Shown: in pieces, positions 44,580-55,649 of the stretch
Position numbering within the stretch: position 1 is the stretch's first letter
How the letters are laid out: each line of letters opens with the position of its first letter
Origin: Eukaryota sp. TZLM1-RC
Lineage: Eukaryota; Protista; Metamonada: BaSk clade
DNA length: 64,000 nucleotides
Direction: 5' to 3'
Assembly: GCA_040285825.1 (NCBI GenBank)
Contig: JAUPSS010000001.1
Span: forward strand, 2,790,001-2,854,000
The notes under the pieces: generated by a model
Databases searched by the model: none
Seen by the model: the letters and a program-made list of their open reading frames with translations, nothing else
What the model was told of the DNA's origin: nothing
Translations under genes and position numbers: made by a program

Positions 44580-46545
44580 CTTTAGTAGTATAATTAAAAG
44601 CATGCTTTCTATTCAATTCCATTGTACAGTACATTTTCTCCTTACATGCCTTTTTTTTAAAATTTAATTTTATTCTAAACCTATAAATCAACATCTAAAA
44701 AATCCATCTCTCCCAAAACAAAAACACTAGATGCAACTCTCTCATAGTGAGATCCAAGAGAAAGCAAAGCATCAGAAACCATCTTCAACATTCCCTTAAA
44801 AATAGAAAACACAATTCTATTTTGCCAAAACAATCTGTTGAAATTTCTGCCAGTTCTTCTCTTTACAAGCATTTCAAAATCATCCAAAAAACGTAAAGCA
44901 GTTGGTGCAAGTGAACCAAAAAGGGAAAATACAAATGGATACAAATTGTATTTTGCATGCTGTAGACTGGCCAATTTGGACAAAGGTTCATTGTATTTTT
45001 TGAATTTAAAATTTTCAGCATTTGAAAGGGGATTATGAATTTCAGAATTAACAAGCCTTTCATTTGAGGCATTACAAGGATCAACAGACATTACATCCAA
45101 TAAAATGAAGCTTCCATCTAATCCAGGTAATATGACATCACCTCTATTATTCTTATGAAAATCATTTTCAGCATCAAACAGATTTGACAACAAAGGTTCC
45201 AAGAAGGATTCAATTCTATGAGATTTACACATACAATATAACTGGTCTCTTACAGCATCATGAACCTTGCTTCTAAAAGTAATAAAATGTTTACAATTTA
45301 ACAAATGAGTAGTTGTAATTTCTCGAGAACATTTACAAATTAAATTATGAGGTAAATTATCAGGCCAGATAAAGGAACGAAATCTCATATTCAGAGTCCA
45401 AGCAGAATCGGATAAGAGAGTACCATAAACTTGTGGAATTGTTGTTACTAAGGCAGAAGAAGTACTGTCACACATATCTTGTAAAAGATTTGCAAAAGCG
45501 GGATTCTTTTTCTTGGCCAAGCCAAGTCTAACATCAAAATCCAAGCTTTCAAAAATCTTTGACAATTTTTGTTGAAGCTTTTTACAGCAAAACTGTAAAT
45601 TAAATAGAGATCGGTTTGGAATTTCTTGAATTGATTGAGGAAAACATTTGGTCCAAATTTGTGGCGGTAATTTTTCAAGTTCACAAGATAACTCATACAA
45701 ATAGGGACTACAATTGGGGACTAACAGATGAGAATCATCAGGAAATCTACGAGAAAATTCATAAATAAAATTTTTGCCACCACCCAAGAATGCTGATTGA
45801 CACAAAATTGAAGATTTAGTAAAACCAATACCACCCAAATTTGCTGAAGAAAATAAATGGCTTTTCAACATTCCTGGTTCTACATCCAATAAATCAGCAA
45901 AAAATTCTGTTCTCAATGAATTAAAAGAACGACAAAAATCTAATGCTATGGAAGGAGCACAAGATCTCAAAATGTGGGTTATTCTCCCAGTGTAGCAAAT
46001 TTTAAGCATGAAAAATTTAATATGCTTTTCTATATCTAAAGAAGAAATTGAATCAAGTTCAATTTTCATTTTTTTCCAAAATAACTTGCAATTCATTCTG
46101 AATTTGAGGCACATTTCCTAACCAACAACCAAGGAACTTAAAAGCATCACTACTATAATTAGTAAAAGGGACAATAGAATCGTTTATCACGAGGTCTTGA
46201 GCAGAAGAGCCAATCAGAAGGCATTTGCTGGCATTAAGATGAAGCCCAATATTTTCATATGAATCGGCAATTTCTTGAGCAACCAATTCTAGTAAATCAA
46301 ATGAACCAATCAAGGATATATCATCCATATAAGCAACTATTTTTATAGAAGGGTATTTTTGCTTAATGATATTTAAAGTTTTGTGAATAGCTAAACAAAA
46401 CAATAATGGGCCTAAAGGATCTCCTTGCTTCACTCCAGAAGATGATTTAAGACCAAATGAATTAAAAATTAAATCTGATTCTTTCCCATAAAAATGGTAG
46501 AACATTACATGCCTGATACTAGTTTCTTGAGCTAATGTCAATCTT
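44580..46545 (-). mobile_element. 5'-truncated CRE/SLACS-clade non-LTR retrotransposon (RT C-half, CCHC, RLE)
   Basis: GVKQGDPLGPLLF, AYMDD, CKC..HLLNC, RGD..LDV..AENFKFKKY. One frameshift near 46075. Confidence 0.88.
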
Positions 46546-47068
46546 TTTTTGGCGACAAGATATTTTTTTGGCGAAGAATGGTGTTGCGTCAGCGGTGAGC
46601 CTAGTCAACGTAAAATTGGTTCTGATATAGATTGGCAACCAAATCTAATCCAACATGTGTACACGCAAAATGGGTGGAAAATAGCAGATGCAAGTGTTGA
46701 TAATTTCTATGTCTTTTGTTTATTATCTTATGAATAGTTAAATAGAAACACATTATTTATTTATTCACAGAAACAGTTCCAAAGGAGCGAAGCATCTAAT
46801 CCAATATTTCCAATATGGATGGTCAACTGAGACCCAATATCAACATGATGCAGAACAGTGTGTTTTGAGGATTGTCAATCTGATGAACTTAAAAAAATGC
46901 TATTTTCTCAATTAATGATTGGAATTGACAGAGAACAATGTAGTAAAACAACCAGATGACTTTCACAGAAACAGAAATTGATTGCACTTCAAACTTTAAA
47001 CTCAAGAAAATTTAGGCAGAAACAGCAGAAACACTGAATAAAATACAATTTATCTACATAAAATGAAA

Positions 47069-48953
47069 CTAACGTAAACTCTTGACCACTTGTCCTGCTC
47101 TTTCATTCACTTCTCCATCTTCAAAAGCTACCTTACCATTAACCAAAACTTTCCACATGCCCAAACTAGGTTCTAATACATGATTAAAAGAAGCTATCTG
47201 GCGCATATCTTCTGGTCTGAATATAGCAAGATCAGCCTTAAAACCTGCTTTGATAAAACCTCTATTGGCAAGTTTATAGTTAGTTGCAACGAATCCAGTC
47301 ATTTTGTGAATAGCAGATTCAACTGAAAGTAATTGTCTTTTGAAAACGTAATGTTCAAAGATTCTTGCATAAGAACCTGCATATCTGGGATGAGGAAATG
47401 TCAGACCACCATCAGTTGAGAAACCAACTCTAGGGCTCTGAATGAAGACATCCAAAACATCATCAGTCATTTCAGTGACACTGACATAATATGGGGCTCT
47501 TTGAAACTCTTCAAGATAAAGGACAATAAGCAAATCAATATGATCAAAAGAACTTTCGTTTTTTGTATCCCATAATTCAGGCCACAAAGATTCTTCATAA
47601 AACAACGCACTAGCTTCCAAGAGATTTAACCCCTTAATGGTTTTGATGGAATCTGGGTTCCCTTCAGGCACAGGAGGATAGTCAAACATGAAAACAACCT
47701 TTTCTGGATCATAGATTAAAGACTTAATGTCAAGATAGGCTCGGTCGTAACGTTCTTGGTTATAAGGTAAACTTTCGATATAATCAGGTGCTCTGTCCGT
47801 GAATTGATTAAAGAAATAGCCGACAGAGAAAGCAGACTTGATCCAAGGGTAGACCATCGCAAAGGATCTTTCCAACCCAGGATGATTTCTTAGTGACTGT
47901 TCGTGAATGGAGAGGAGATCATCAGCTTCAGACGGACCATGCTGAGGGTTTTTGACTTTGATATGTGCGTGATAATAAGAAACTCCATTACGACCGGCGT
48001 GATCAGCAATGGAACGTGCTGCATCCATCACAGGTCCAGAATTCTCGTTTTGGACATGAAACGAGGCTATTTTGCCGGCAGAGGCTCTGTGGTAAGCAAA
48101 ACTAAAAACAAAACAACATACACAAGGGGTAACAGTTCATTCATCTCATAAGAATCTGTTACGTCTCCGGGACCATCTTCAAGATTGAAGGAGAGGCCAA
48201 GAATACGTTCATCAGACATCAAGTCTTGGAGTGATGATTTGATTTTGCTCTGTTCCTCCTCACTAAGACCATCCCAAGGCTCCTTTGGCTCCTCAGCCAA
48301 AGCGATTCTGAGAGAAGAGTGTCCAACGAACATTCCAATGTTGGTCCCTAGTTTAGAGTCTCTTTCAATGCCATCAAGAAAGCGGTCAAGGTCAAGTGAG
48401 TCTGAAATGGTAGAATCCTCATCAGGAGAATAGCCATTTTGCCCATAAATCCGCGTTGTAACACCTTCTGCAAGTGGATGGTACTGGTCCAAATCTTCCT
48501 GGTTGTCTGGATTCCCAAAGAAATGTGCATGTCCATCTGTGATTAGTTAAAGACAGGTGACATACCAATAAAGCCAGGAGTAACTATGCGGGTTTGGGCA
48601 TCAATCACTGTTTTAGATGATAGCGAGGATCGCTCTGACGGATGAACGACACTGTCGATTATGTCGCCATTGATGCAAATGTCCCAGTGACTACCGGGGC
48701 TTAGGCTTCCGTCATAGACTAAACCGTTGATGATCAAGATATCACAATCGAATAAAGGATTTTGTACTCTGTAAATGTAGAAAAACACAAGAGCAAGGAC
48801 CATCAAGGCGAGGACGATCAACAAAGTAATGATAAGACGAACTTTGGATTTGGGCTTATATGGTTCATTAATCGTGGTTTGGGAAGAAGGAGTGGGAGTA
48901 CTGGACGACTTATTGGGACCGTCAAACAACGGATTGAGGGAAAGAGTCGTCAT
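47069..48953 (-). CDS. N-acyl-D-amino-acid deacylase (D-aminoacylase)-like amidohydrolase with an N-terminal membrane anchor
   Basis: VTPGFIDGHAH, GVTT..GQNG, STDGG..HPRYAGSYAR, NRGFIKAGFKADLAIF. Introns at 48537-48565 and 48087-48121. Confidence 0.85.
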
Positions 48954-49206
48954 TGCAACCCAATTGGAAGATACTTGTCTTGGAATTGAAAAAGGAAGGG
49001 GGAAATGAGGAAGATATTTTTTTCAAAATAAAAAAAATAAAAAAACCATGACCATGTCGCATGCTGAGTGACGCATATTAAGCTGTTGCAAGTCCCAAAG
49101 GCGTGGATATTTATTAATGTTAATTAATTAACAAAACATCTAAAAGTACCAATGACCAATTTAACCAATTTAATTTGGTAATTTAATCAAGATCAACAAC
49201 TAGTAG

Positions 49207-49674
49207 TTAATCCTTCGGTGTTACAGAGAAATACTCGCTCAATTGCTTGTTTAGATCATTAACCGATCCCTGTGGTTTTTTGGATCTTCTGTGTGAGTAC
49301 ACAGCATCATAGTGATCTCTCCTATTCAACGAGGGTTTGACCTCTGATCTAACAGGAGCGGGACTTGATGAGAACTTAAGCTTCATCGTTCTGCTTAAAT
49401 AATTGGAATCATGAAGTTCCCGCTGCGCACGTTCAGCATCTGAAAGGCGGAGGAATTCAACAAAGCCGGTTCCTGTACTTTTACCATCAGCAGTTCTGTT
49501 GATAATAAGCTTTTTTGTAGGGCCATATACCTGAAACAAATCGCTCAGTTCCTCTTCAGTTGCACTAAAGTTAACATTTGAAAAAGACAATCGAGGTGAA
49601 AGTGAACCCCGAGGTTTTCGTGGACTATAAGTATCAAGATGTCGCCTATGTCTCACGGGCTGTCTTCTTGACAT
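49207..49674 (-). CDS. ALYREF: ALYREF/Yra1-like RRM mRNA export adaptor
   Basis: Single RRM (SNVNF..GKSTGTGFVEF) and C-terminal DLNKQLSEYF (REF-C-like motif). Likely ATG at 49674. Confidence 0.65.
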   Translation of the reverse strand: MSRRQPVRHRRHLDTYSPRKPRGSLSPRLSFSNVNFSATEEELSDLFQVYGPTKKLIINRTADGKSTGTGFVEFLRLSDAERAQRELHDSNYLSRTMKLKFSSSPAPVRSEVKPSLNRRDHYDAVYSHRRSKKPQGSVNDLNKQLSEYFSVTPKD

Positions 49675-49755
49675 TCGGAGAACAACAGATGAAGCTAGTA
49701 AATATAAAAGATATCCGCACTTCTTGAACACAAACTGTAAATAAGTAAGCAATCA

Positions 49756-50475
49756 ATGCATTTACTACCAATAGTACTAGTACTTTTACTGACTTGTGAA
49801 GCCCAATGCTACCATCTCAAGGGATGTGGATCTGATGAAAGAGAATCCCTAACTCTTTTCAACAAAGCACTAAAGGGAAAGGGTTGGAATCACTTATGGC
49901 CGATCAACGATCCCAAGAGACACCACTGTGACTGGTATGGTGTAACTTGTAATCAGAACAAACGCGTAACCAAGATCGATCTTCAGCTAAACAATTTGAA
50001 AGGTAGACTACCAAGATCCACTTATTGCTTCCCTCATCTACAAACGCTCTATTTGCAAAACAATTACATATCGGGAACAATCTACGACAAACCAGATGCA
50101 GGAATATCAAAGTTAAAGAGTCTCAAATACTTGGATCTTCGAAACAACATGATTACCGGGAATATTCCCACAGGAATGTGTAAACTCAAAGCTTCACTCA
50201 TGTATCTGAACATTCAACACAACGTTTTCTCTGGGTCAATTCCAGATTGTTTTGATGTTCGTTTTCAGAAAAGCCTTCGTGGATTTGCTGCTCATTGCAA
50301 TAAACTGTCAGGTAGGATACCTGAAGGATTCAAAGACATGAAGTTTCTTGAGAGCCTTCACATTCATTGCCAACATTTAGGATTTCATCCCTCACAGTGT
50401 CCTACCTTTAAACTTCCAGACAGTGTTGATGTGAAATGTGGAAAAGTAGGTTGTAAGGATATATGTAGAAGATAA
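49756..50475 (+). CDS. Secreted leucine-rich repeat protein (plant-specific-type LRRs)
   Basis: Signal peptide, CDWYGVTC N-cap and LxxLxLxxNxLxGxIP repeats. Confidence 0.88.
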   Translation: MHLLPIVLVLLLTCEAQCYHLKGCGSDERESLTLFNKALKGKGWNHLWPINDPKRHHCDWYGVTCNQNKRVTKIDLQLNNLKGRLPRSTYCFPHLQTLYLQNNYISGTIYDKPDAGISKLKSLKYLDLRNNMITGNIPTGMCKLKASLMYLNIQHNVFSGSIPDCFDVRFQKSLRGFAAHCNKLSGRIPEGFKDMKFLESLHIHCQHLGFHPSQCPTFKLPDSVDVKCGKVGCKDICRR

Positions 50476-50576
50476 AGAGATGTCGTATTGTCAAACATTT
50501 CAAACAGTGCTACCGAATGTGACAATTTATACCATCAAACATATTGAGCAACACTAATTTCAAATCAACTCATTGT

Positions 50577-51692
50577 TTACCTTCTAAACTTTTTATTCTC
50601 AAGCATCCAAGACCCCATAACACCAAGATATCCTTCATGTTTTAAGAAATAAGAACGAACTTGTCCTGCTGACCAGAAATGAACCCCTCTACTGACAGAT
50701 GCCATGCTAATCTTGTCATGACGAAAGAAGTGTCCAGCAAAAAGAATTCTTTTGATACCATATTTCGATGCATTAAGATACGCTATATGTGCAATATTCC
50801 CCGTAATCATCATCAACGTTGCCCTCACCAAGTCCTCCTTCTCAACAACTTTCATGTACTGATTATTCAATAGTTTTCCAAAGAAAGCAGCTGTAACATC
50901 CGAGGAAAGACCTATCGTACTGTAGTTTGATCCATAAATATCCCCAACCAACATGTCCACTTTCCTGCTATCCCCCTTTCTGGCCATGGAAAGCAGTGTG
51001 TCATAGGAGCAATCCTCTTGCAATAAAAGCTTTGCAATGGCAAAGAAAGTGGCTCCACCAAGACCACTACCAGACACCCTAGCGTACTCATTTTCCCCGT
51101 CCACTTTCAGAATGGAGACACCAGATCCTACATTGACTAAAAGGTAAGGAAAGAGTTTGGAGGGGTGGGAATCATCTTTGGACTTCTGATCAGGCACAAA
51201 CTTGACGTCATCTGCCACAGGAAAGTACTGGAACAACTCTTTATAATCTTCATTCAAGAAAAAGTTCAACCCTGCAACAAGAGAGTCCATTTCATCGTGA
51301 ATAGTTACCGGAACAGTTAATTCCTTGGTGATTAGGTCGTTAAACTTGTGGGCGCCTCCGCCAGTGGCTGGTATTGAGTGTAGGAGGGAGTGTAGTGAAT
51401 TTGTTTTAATAAAGTTAATGATTTGAGTAATTTCAGAAGTAGAAATGTTGAAAAAATGGAATTTTCCACCAAAAGTTCGACTCATTACGCTTAATTGAGG
51501 TTTGAAATCAAATTTAGATGATAAGGATAGTTCAGCAAGTTCTAATGGTTCAAAGTAAAGGAATTTAAGTAGAGAACCACCAATGTCGAGTGAGACAGTA
51601 CAAGACATACTAGGACTACAAACTGCTCCTATAGGGACAAGTGGAGAGCTGGTTGAGTCAGTAGTCTCATCGATTGAGTCAAATGCTGACAT
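50577..51692 (-). CDS. PANK: Type II pantothenate kinase (fumble family)
   Basis: LDIGGSLLK, ATGGGAHKF, PYLLVNVGSGVSILKV, GLGGATF, VDMLVGDIYG, HEGYLG. Likely start at 51692. Confidence 0.93.
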   Translation of the reverse strand: MSAFDSIDETTDSTSSPLVPIGAVCSPSMSCTVSLDIGGSLLKFLYFEPLELAELSLSSKFDFKPQLSVMSRTFGGKFHFFNISTSEITQIINFIKTNSLHSLLHSIPATGGGAHKFNDLITKELTVPVTIHDEMDSLVAGLNFFLNEDYKELFQYFPVADDVKFVPDQKSKDDSHPSKLFPYLLVNVGSGVSILKVDGENEYARVSGSGLGGATFFAIAKLLLQEDCSYDTLLSMARKGDSRKVDMLVGDIYGSNYSTIGLSSDVTAAFFGKLLNNQYMKVVEKEDLVRATLMMITGNIAHIAYLNASKYGIKRILFAGHFFRHDKISMASVSRGVHFWSAGQVRSYFLKHEGYLGVMGSWMLENKKFRR

Positions 51693-51870
51693 ACAAAACA
51701 ACTCGGAAGACCGACGCAGTTTCGACAGCACTGAAGAAGGAGCTTCAGGTGGAGAATCGGTAAGAAAAACTCTTCCATTTAGTTTGAGTACATAAGAAGA
51801 AATGAAGGACAGTAGTAAGTGGAGCATTTTGTCAAATTTCACGTTCAAATCCCCTAATCAACAGGTCCAA

Positions 51871-52485
51871 ATGCAATTGCTCCTTGTTGTCCTTGTTTTG
51901 GTGACTGTGGCTCATTGTGAGATACCTGTTAGTTACGGGAGCATCATAAAACTCAGACATAAAACAAACTTCTACCTACATTCACATGAAGTCAAGTATG
52001 GAACTGGAAGTCACCAGCAGTCTGTAACTTGTTTTCCAGAACCAACAGATCCCAACTCATATTGGCTTGTTGAAGCTGGTTACACTTCTGAACCATTTCC
52101 CACCTCTACCGTTGTTAGATGTGGTTCTCCAATACGGCTTAAACATGTCAATACTGGCAAGAGGCTGCATTCTCACCACTTCACTTCACCACTTTCCCAC
52201 CAACAAGAGGTTTCTGCTTTTGATGGGGACGATTCTGGCGACAATTGGATAATAGAATGCGATTCAAAGTCCAATGGGGTCTGGTGGAGAGAGAAACCAA
52301 TAAGATTACGTCATGAAGACACAGGACATTGGCTTCATTCCCATGATGTTGGTTATAACGCCCCTATCCAAGGCCAAAGGGAAGTAACTTGTTTTAATAA
52401 CAAGAAAGATGCAAACAACTTATGGAGAGCTGAAGAGGGAATTTATTTTGGCAATATTGACGATGAATTTGATGATGAATTATAA
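51871..52485 (+). CDS. SDF2: SDF2-like ER protein (3 MIR domains)
   Basis: Signal peptide, LHSHEVKYGTGSHQQSVT, LHSHHFTSPLSHQQEVSAF and C-terminal DDEL. Confidence 0.92.
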   Translation: MQLLLVVLVLVTVAHCEIPVSYGSIIKLRHKTNFYLHSHEVKYGTGSHQQSVTCFPEPTDPNSYWLVEAGYTSEPFPTSTVVRCGSPIRLKHVNTGKRLHSHHFTSPLSHQQEVSAFDGDDSGDNWIIECDSKSNGVWWREKPIRLRHEDTGHWLHSHDVGYNAPIQGQREVTCFNNKKDANNLWRAEEGIYFGNIDDEFDDEL

Positions 52486-52547
52486 AATAATAATAAATAA
52501 ATAATATGGCGGGTATTTACAAGCAGATTAAACAAACTATTCAAGAA

Positions 52548-55319
52548 TTAATTCTTCAATAAAGTTTCAATTTCTTCATTTAAGCATTGTAAATCTATTC
52601 GTTTTAAAAAAGAAAACAGTTCTACTAAATCACTATTCTCGACACAATCAACTTCAATCACTTTCTGACAGACAGTTACAATCAAATCATCAGTTTGATT
52701 GATCTCTGATAGACTAATCACATGTGGAATACACGTTAATATGATTCTGATGAATTCCCTTAAAGTTTCAATACCAAGATTAATTAAGTTTGAAAGTTCA
52801 TTTAACGATTGGCTCAGAGAACTTTGTACGGACAGATCAGTACAAAAGGTCATAAATGCACGTGATTCAGGGTCAACAACAAGAAATCTAAAGACTTCTA
52901 ATTCAATGAAGGGCTTGAGATTAGGGAAAAACTCTGTCAGGTAATTGTTCATTGAAAAACTTGAATTAATTGTTACAGTGCCGAGATAATATTCAATAAA
53001 TGCATTAGCAACGTAAAAAGTGAGTTCTGAAAGAGAGAATCTATTCAATAGTTCAGTAATCAAAATTTGATGGATTTCATTTGATTGATAATCAAAAAGA
53101 AAGGCAAAAACTCCAAGTTTACGTGTAGGCTCATGAAAACCACAGAAAAATGTTAAATCAATCACATCCAGACCAATCAAATTGATTGATTGATCAAGAT
53201 AACCACTGACATTCAACGCAACTCCTGGAAAAAAGTCCATTTCTTGGTGATTGACTAAGTAGTCCTCCAGTCTAGGTAAGGATATGCAATGAACAAAGGA
53301 GTTTCCGCTAAATACGACAAGAGAGTGATCAAAAAGTGGATCATTATTAGTAAGAAAATCAAAGAATTGATTATTCATTTTGACTAATTGTGAATGTTCA
53401 TTTGAATAAGTATTGTAAACTGCGCCAAAAAGCTCACCATTTACAGTTCTTACAATCAAAATGATTGAATGTGGATCAATTGAAGGCCATATTTTATACT
53501 TATCAACAAAATTTAAGGGAAATGGAAAAGTGGAGCAATAAAACTGACTAACTGCCCAATCAACCCGTTGACTTTGATTGACTTCCAAAATCAAAAATGA
53601 TTGATTAGTGTGAAGACCAGCCAGGAAGGCCTTATTTTTAGAAAGATCTTTCGACAAACAACTTGAAAGAAAAGATAGTTTGGGTCCAAAGATAGACACT
53701 CTTAGAAGAAGGGTAAATGAATCAATCAGACTTCCAAAGAAAATGACCTGCTGACGTGGATCATTCTTGACTGGAGAAGACCATGATAAAAATGAGTGAC
53801 CTTGATTACGATGGATTAATGTGCTAATAGTTGGTGGATTAGAAGGTTTTGAACCTCTTCTGATGTAATCAATCGCAATCGATTGATTATTTGATTGAAA
53901 CATAAATTTACCAGTATCTTTCATTAAAATGAGTATTTCATTTCTATTACACCCTAATATTTGGGATTCGGGAGATAGTTTACCCTCAAAATTATCAAAA
54001 GAAGAGATCAAATCTCCAACAATGAATGGTTCAAAATTTAAACATTTTGACCTTGGTAGTAGTAGTGATGACGTGATGCGCTCATAAATGTGGAAAATTT
54101 CCACAAAATTCTCATTCACAGTGTATATTCTATCAATTGACTCAACCAAATGTTCTGGTGAGTCTACCTTGAAATTAGTTGAAATAATATTAAAAGAATC
54201 ATTTGAAACAAATACCAGAAAAAGCATTTGGTTTTGGATCAAATAAATTGATTGTAATCCAAAAAATAGCTCAAAATCAGTGATTGATTGATTGTGAATT
54301 TGATTGAGAGAGGCATCAAACAAGTGAAGACCACTCTTTGAAGTTCCAAGAACAAAGAACTTGTCTAAAAGACAAATTCCAAAAATTTCACTTAATTCTT
54401 CATCGGTATGAACGATCTGTTCCGAAAAGGGCAAAGACATATGTAAAGGGGTTTCTGACCGAGATGAAGCAATCAAAATTTCATTTGTTTCCTTTTTCAA
54501 AATAAACATCTTTTCTGCAGTGTACACAACAGAGACGTCATGATTACAATCAACGACATCATCAACAGGTAAAAACTCTTGACCACCAATCAATTCCTCA
54601 GACAAAACACAGCTACCTTCCTCAAACTCATCATCGGCGGAATAATTGCAATGTGTTGGTTGTCCCTTCTGAAAGAAGTGATCTAATGTGAATGAAACGT
54701 ATTTGATTGGCGGTGGTTGTGGGAGTAGTATTGACCCCCTATGACGGGATGAGAGTTTGATGGAAGCCGGAGGTTCAATATCATGACGTGGTTGTTTCTT
54801 TTTGAACCTTTTGAAACGTGATGGTTTTGAAAAAACAAGACCATCACCATAACTCAATTTAAAACAACTTGTCCTGAACCTACCCAACTCGTACCCTTGC
54901 CAATTGAAAAAGTAAATATTAAGGATGTTAAATGGACAAATGCCTGCAATACAGAAACCTTTTCCATCAGAGCGGGAGGTCAGGGTAAGCGTCTTGGTCG
55001 TTGATGAAGTAGGCGAGACAGGGAGAGACCAGTAAAGAGAGGGTGTGTGGGATTGTTTGATGGTTTGATTCTTGGAAATAAAGAACAAATGAAAGTCAAC
55101 TGTGACAGTGACAATAATGGACGCGGAGGGGTCCATGATTGCAGAGCAGAGAGGAGCATAGCCTATGGGTAGAATCCAATCACTACATGAATTACTGTTC
55201 AATGAATGAAAGCAGATTGACTTGGGATAAAGAATTGCTGTTAAACATGATGAAGGAGATGTGAGGAGCTTTAAGGGTGACTGGGGAAGGCGCAGAGTCT
55301 GTTCCGGTAGATAGAACAT
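52548..55319 (-). CDS. Large hypothetical protein, 923 aa; N-terminal beta-propeller-like region, helical C-terminus
   Basis: Long uninterrupted ORF. Family not confidently recognised. Confidence 0.7.
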   Translation of the reverse strand: MFYLPEQTLRLPQSPLKLLTSPSSCLTAILYPKSICFHSLNSNSCSDWILPIGYAPLCSAIMDPSASIIVTVTVDFHLFFISKNQTIKQSHTPSLYWSLPVSPTSSTTKTLTLTSRSDGKGFCIAGICPFNILNIYFFNWQGYELGRFRTSCFKLSYGDGLVFSKPSRFKRFKKKQPRHDIEPPASIKLSSRHRGSILLPQPPPIKYVSFTLDHFFQKGQPTHCNYSADDEFEEGSCVLSEELIGGQEFLPVDDVVDCNHDVSVVYTAEKMFILKKETNEILIASSRSETPLHMSLPFSEQIVHTDEELSEIFGICLLDKFFVLGTSKSGLHLFDASLNQIHNQSITDFELFFGLQSIYLIQNQMLFLVFVSNDSFNIISTNFKVDSPEHLVESIDRIYTVNENFVEIFHIYERITSSLLLPRSKCLNFEPFIVGDLISSFDNFEGKLSPESQILGCNRNEILILMKDTGKFMFQSNNQSIAIDYIRRGSKPSNPPTISTLIHRNQGHSFLSWSSPVKNDPRQQVIFFGSLIDSFTLLLRVSIFGPKLSFLSSCLSKDLSKNKAFLAGLHTNQSFLILEVNQSQRVDWAVSQFYCSTFPFPLNFVDKYKIWPSIDPHSIILIVRTVNGELFGAVYNTYSNEHSQLVKMNNQFFDFLTNNDPLFDHSLVVFSGNSFVHCISLPRLEDYLVNHQEMDFFPGVALNVSGYLDQSINLIGLDVIDLTFFCGFHEPTRKLGVFAFLFDYQSNEIHQILITELLNRFSLSELTFYVANAFIEYYLGTVTINSSFSMNNYLTEFFPNLKPFIELEVFRFLVVDPESRAFMTFCTDLSVQSSLSQSLNELSNLINLGIETLREFIRIILTCIPHVISLSEINQTDDLIVTVCQKVIEVDCVENSDLVELFSFLKRIDLQCLNEEIETLLKN

Positions 55320-55482
55320 TGATTGATACCCTTTGTCGTTGTTTCAGAAACAATGAAAGTACCTTTACACCGACGTTGAAGCACTTAGTTTTTTTGGAAG
55401 TGGAAGAAACCTTTTTGGACAGTTTTTTTGACCTCCATATTGATTCCGGAACTCTTTGTAGATATACTGGTTTATCTTTTAT

Positions 55483-55646
55483 CAGACCTAAAGGATGTTG
55501 CTGCCAAGGATATTTTAAATTGCGATAACAAATCTGTTAGGCAACGGGGATTGAGAAATTCAAAGGTTGATTATTTAAATCCTATCGTAGATCACGCTAC
55601 TTCCAGAAATGAAACACTAGGGCTGTATGCTATTCAAAAAAAGTAG
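55483..55646 (+). pseudogene. Duplicated 3' fragment of the photolyase gene
   Basis: DLKDVAAKDILNCDNK...LYAIQKK is nearly identical to 61354-61517. Confidence 0.9.
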
Positions 55647-55649
55647 GTT

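Noticed and set aside
51692-51871. Apparent overlap of the PanK and SDF2 ORFs
   Set aside because: Artefact of upstream start choice. The likely ATGs (51692, 51871) do not overlap, and the SDF2 signal peptide starts at 51871.
52548-55319. RIC1-like assignment for the 923-aa protein
   Set aside because: Only vague architectural resemblance and no diagnostic motif visible.
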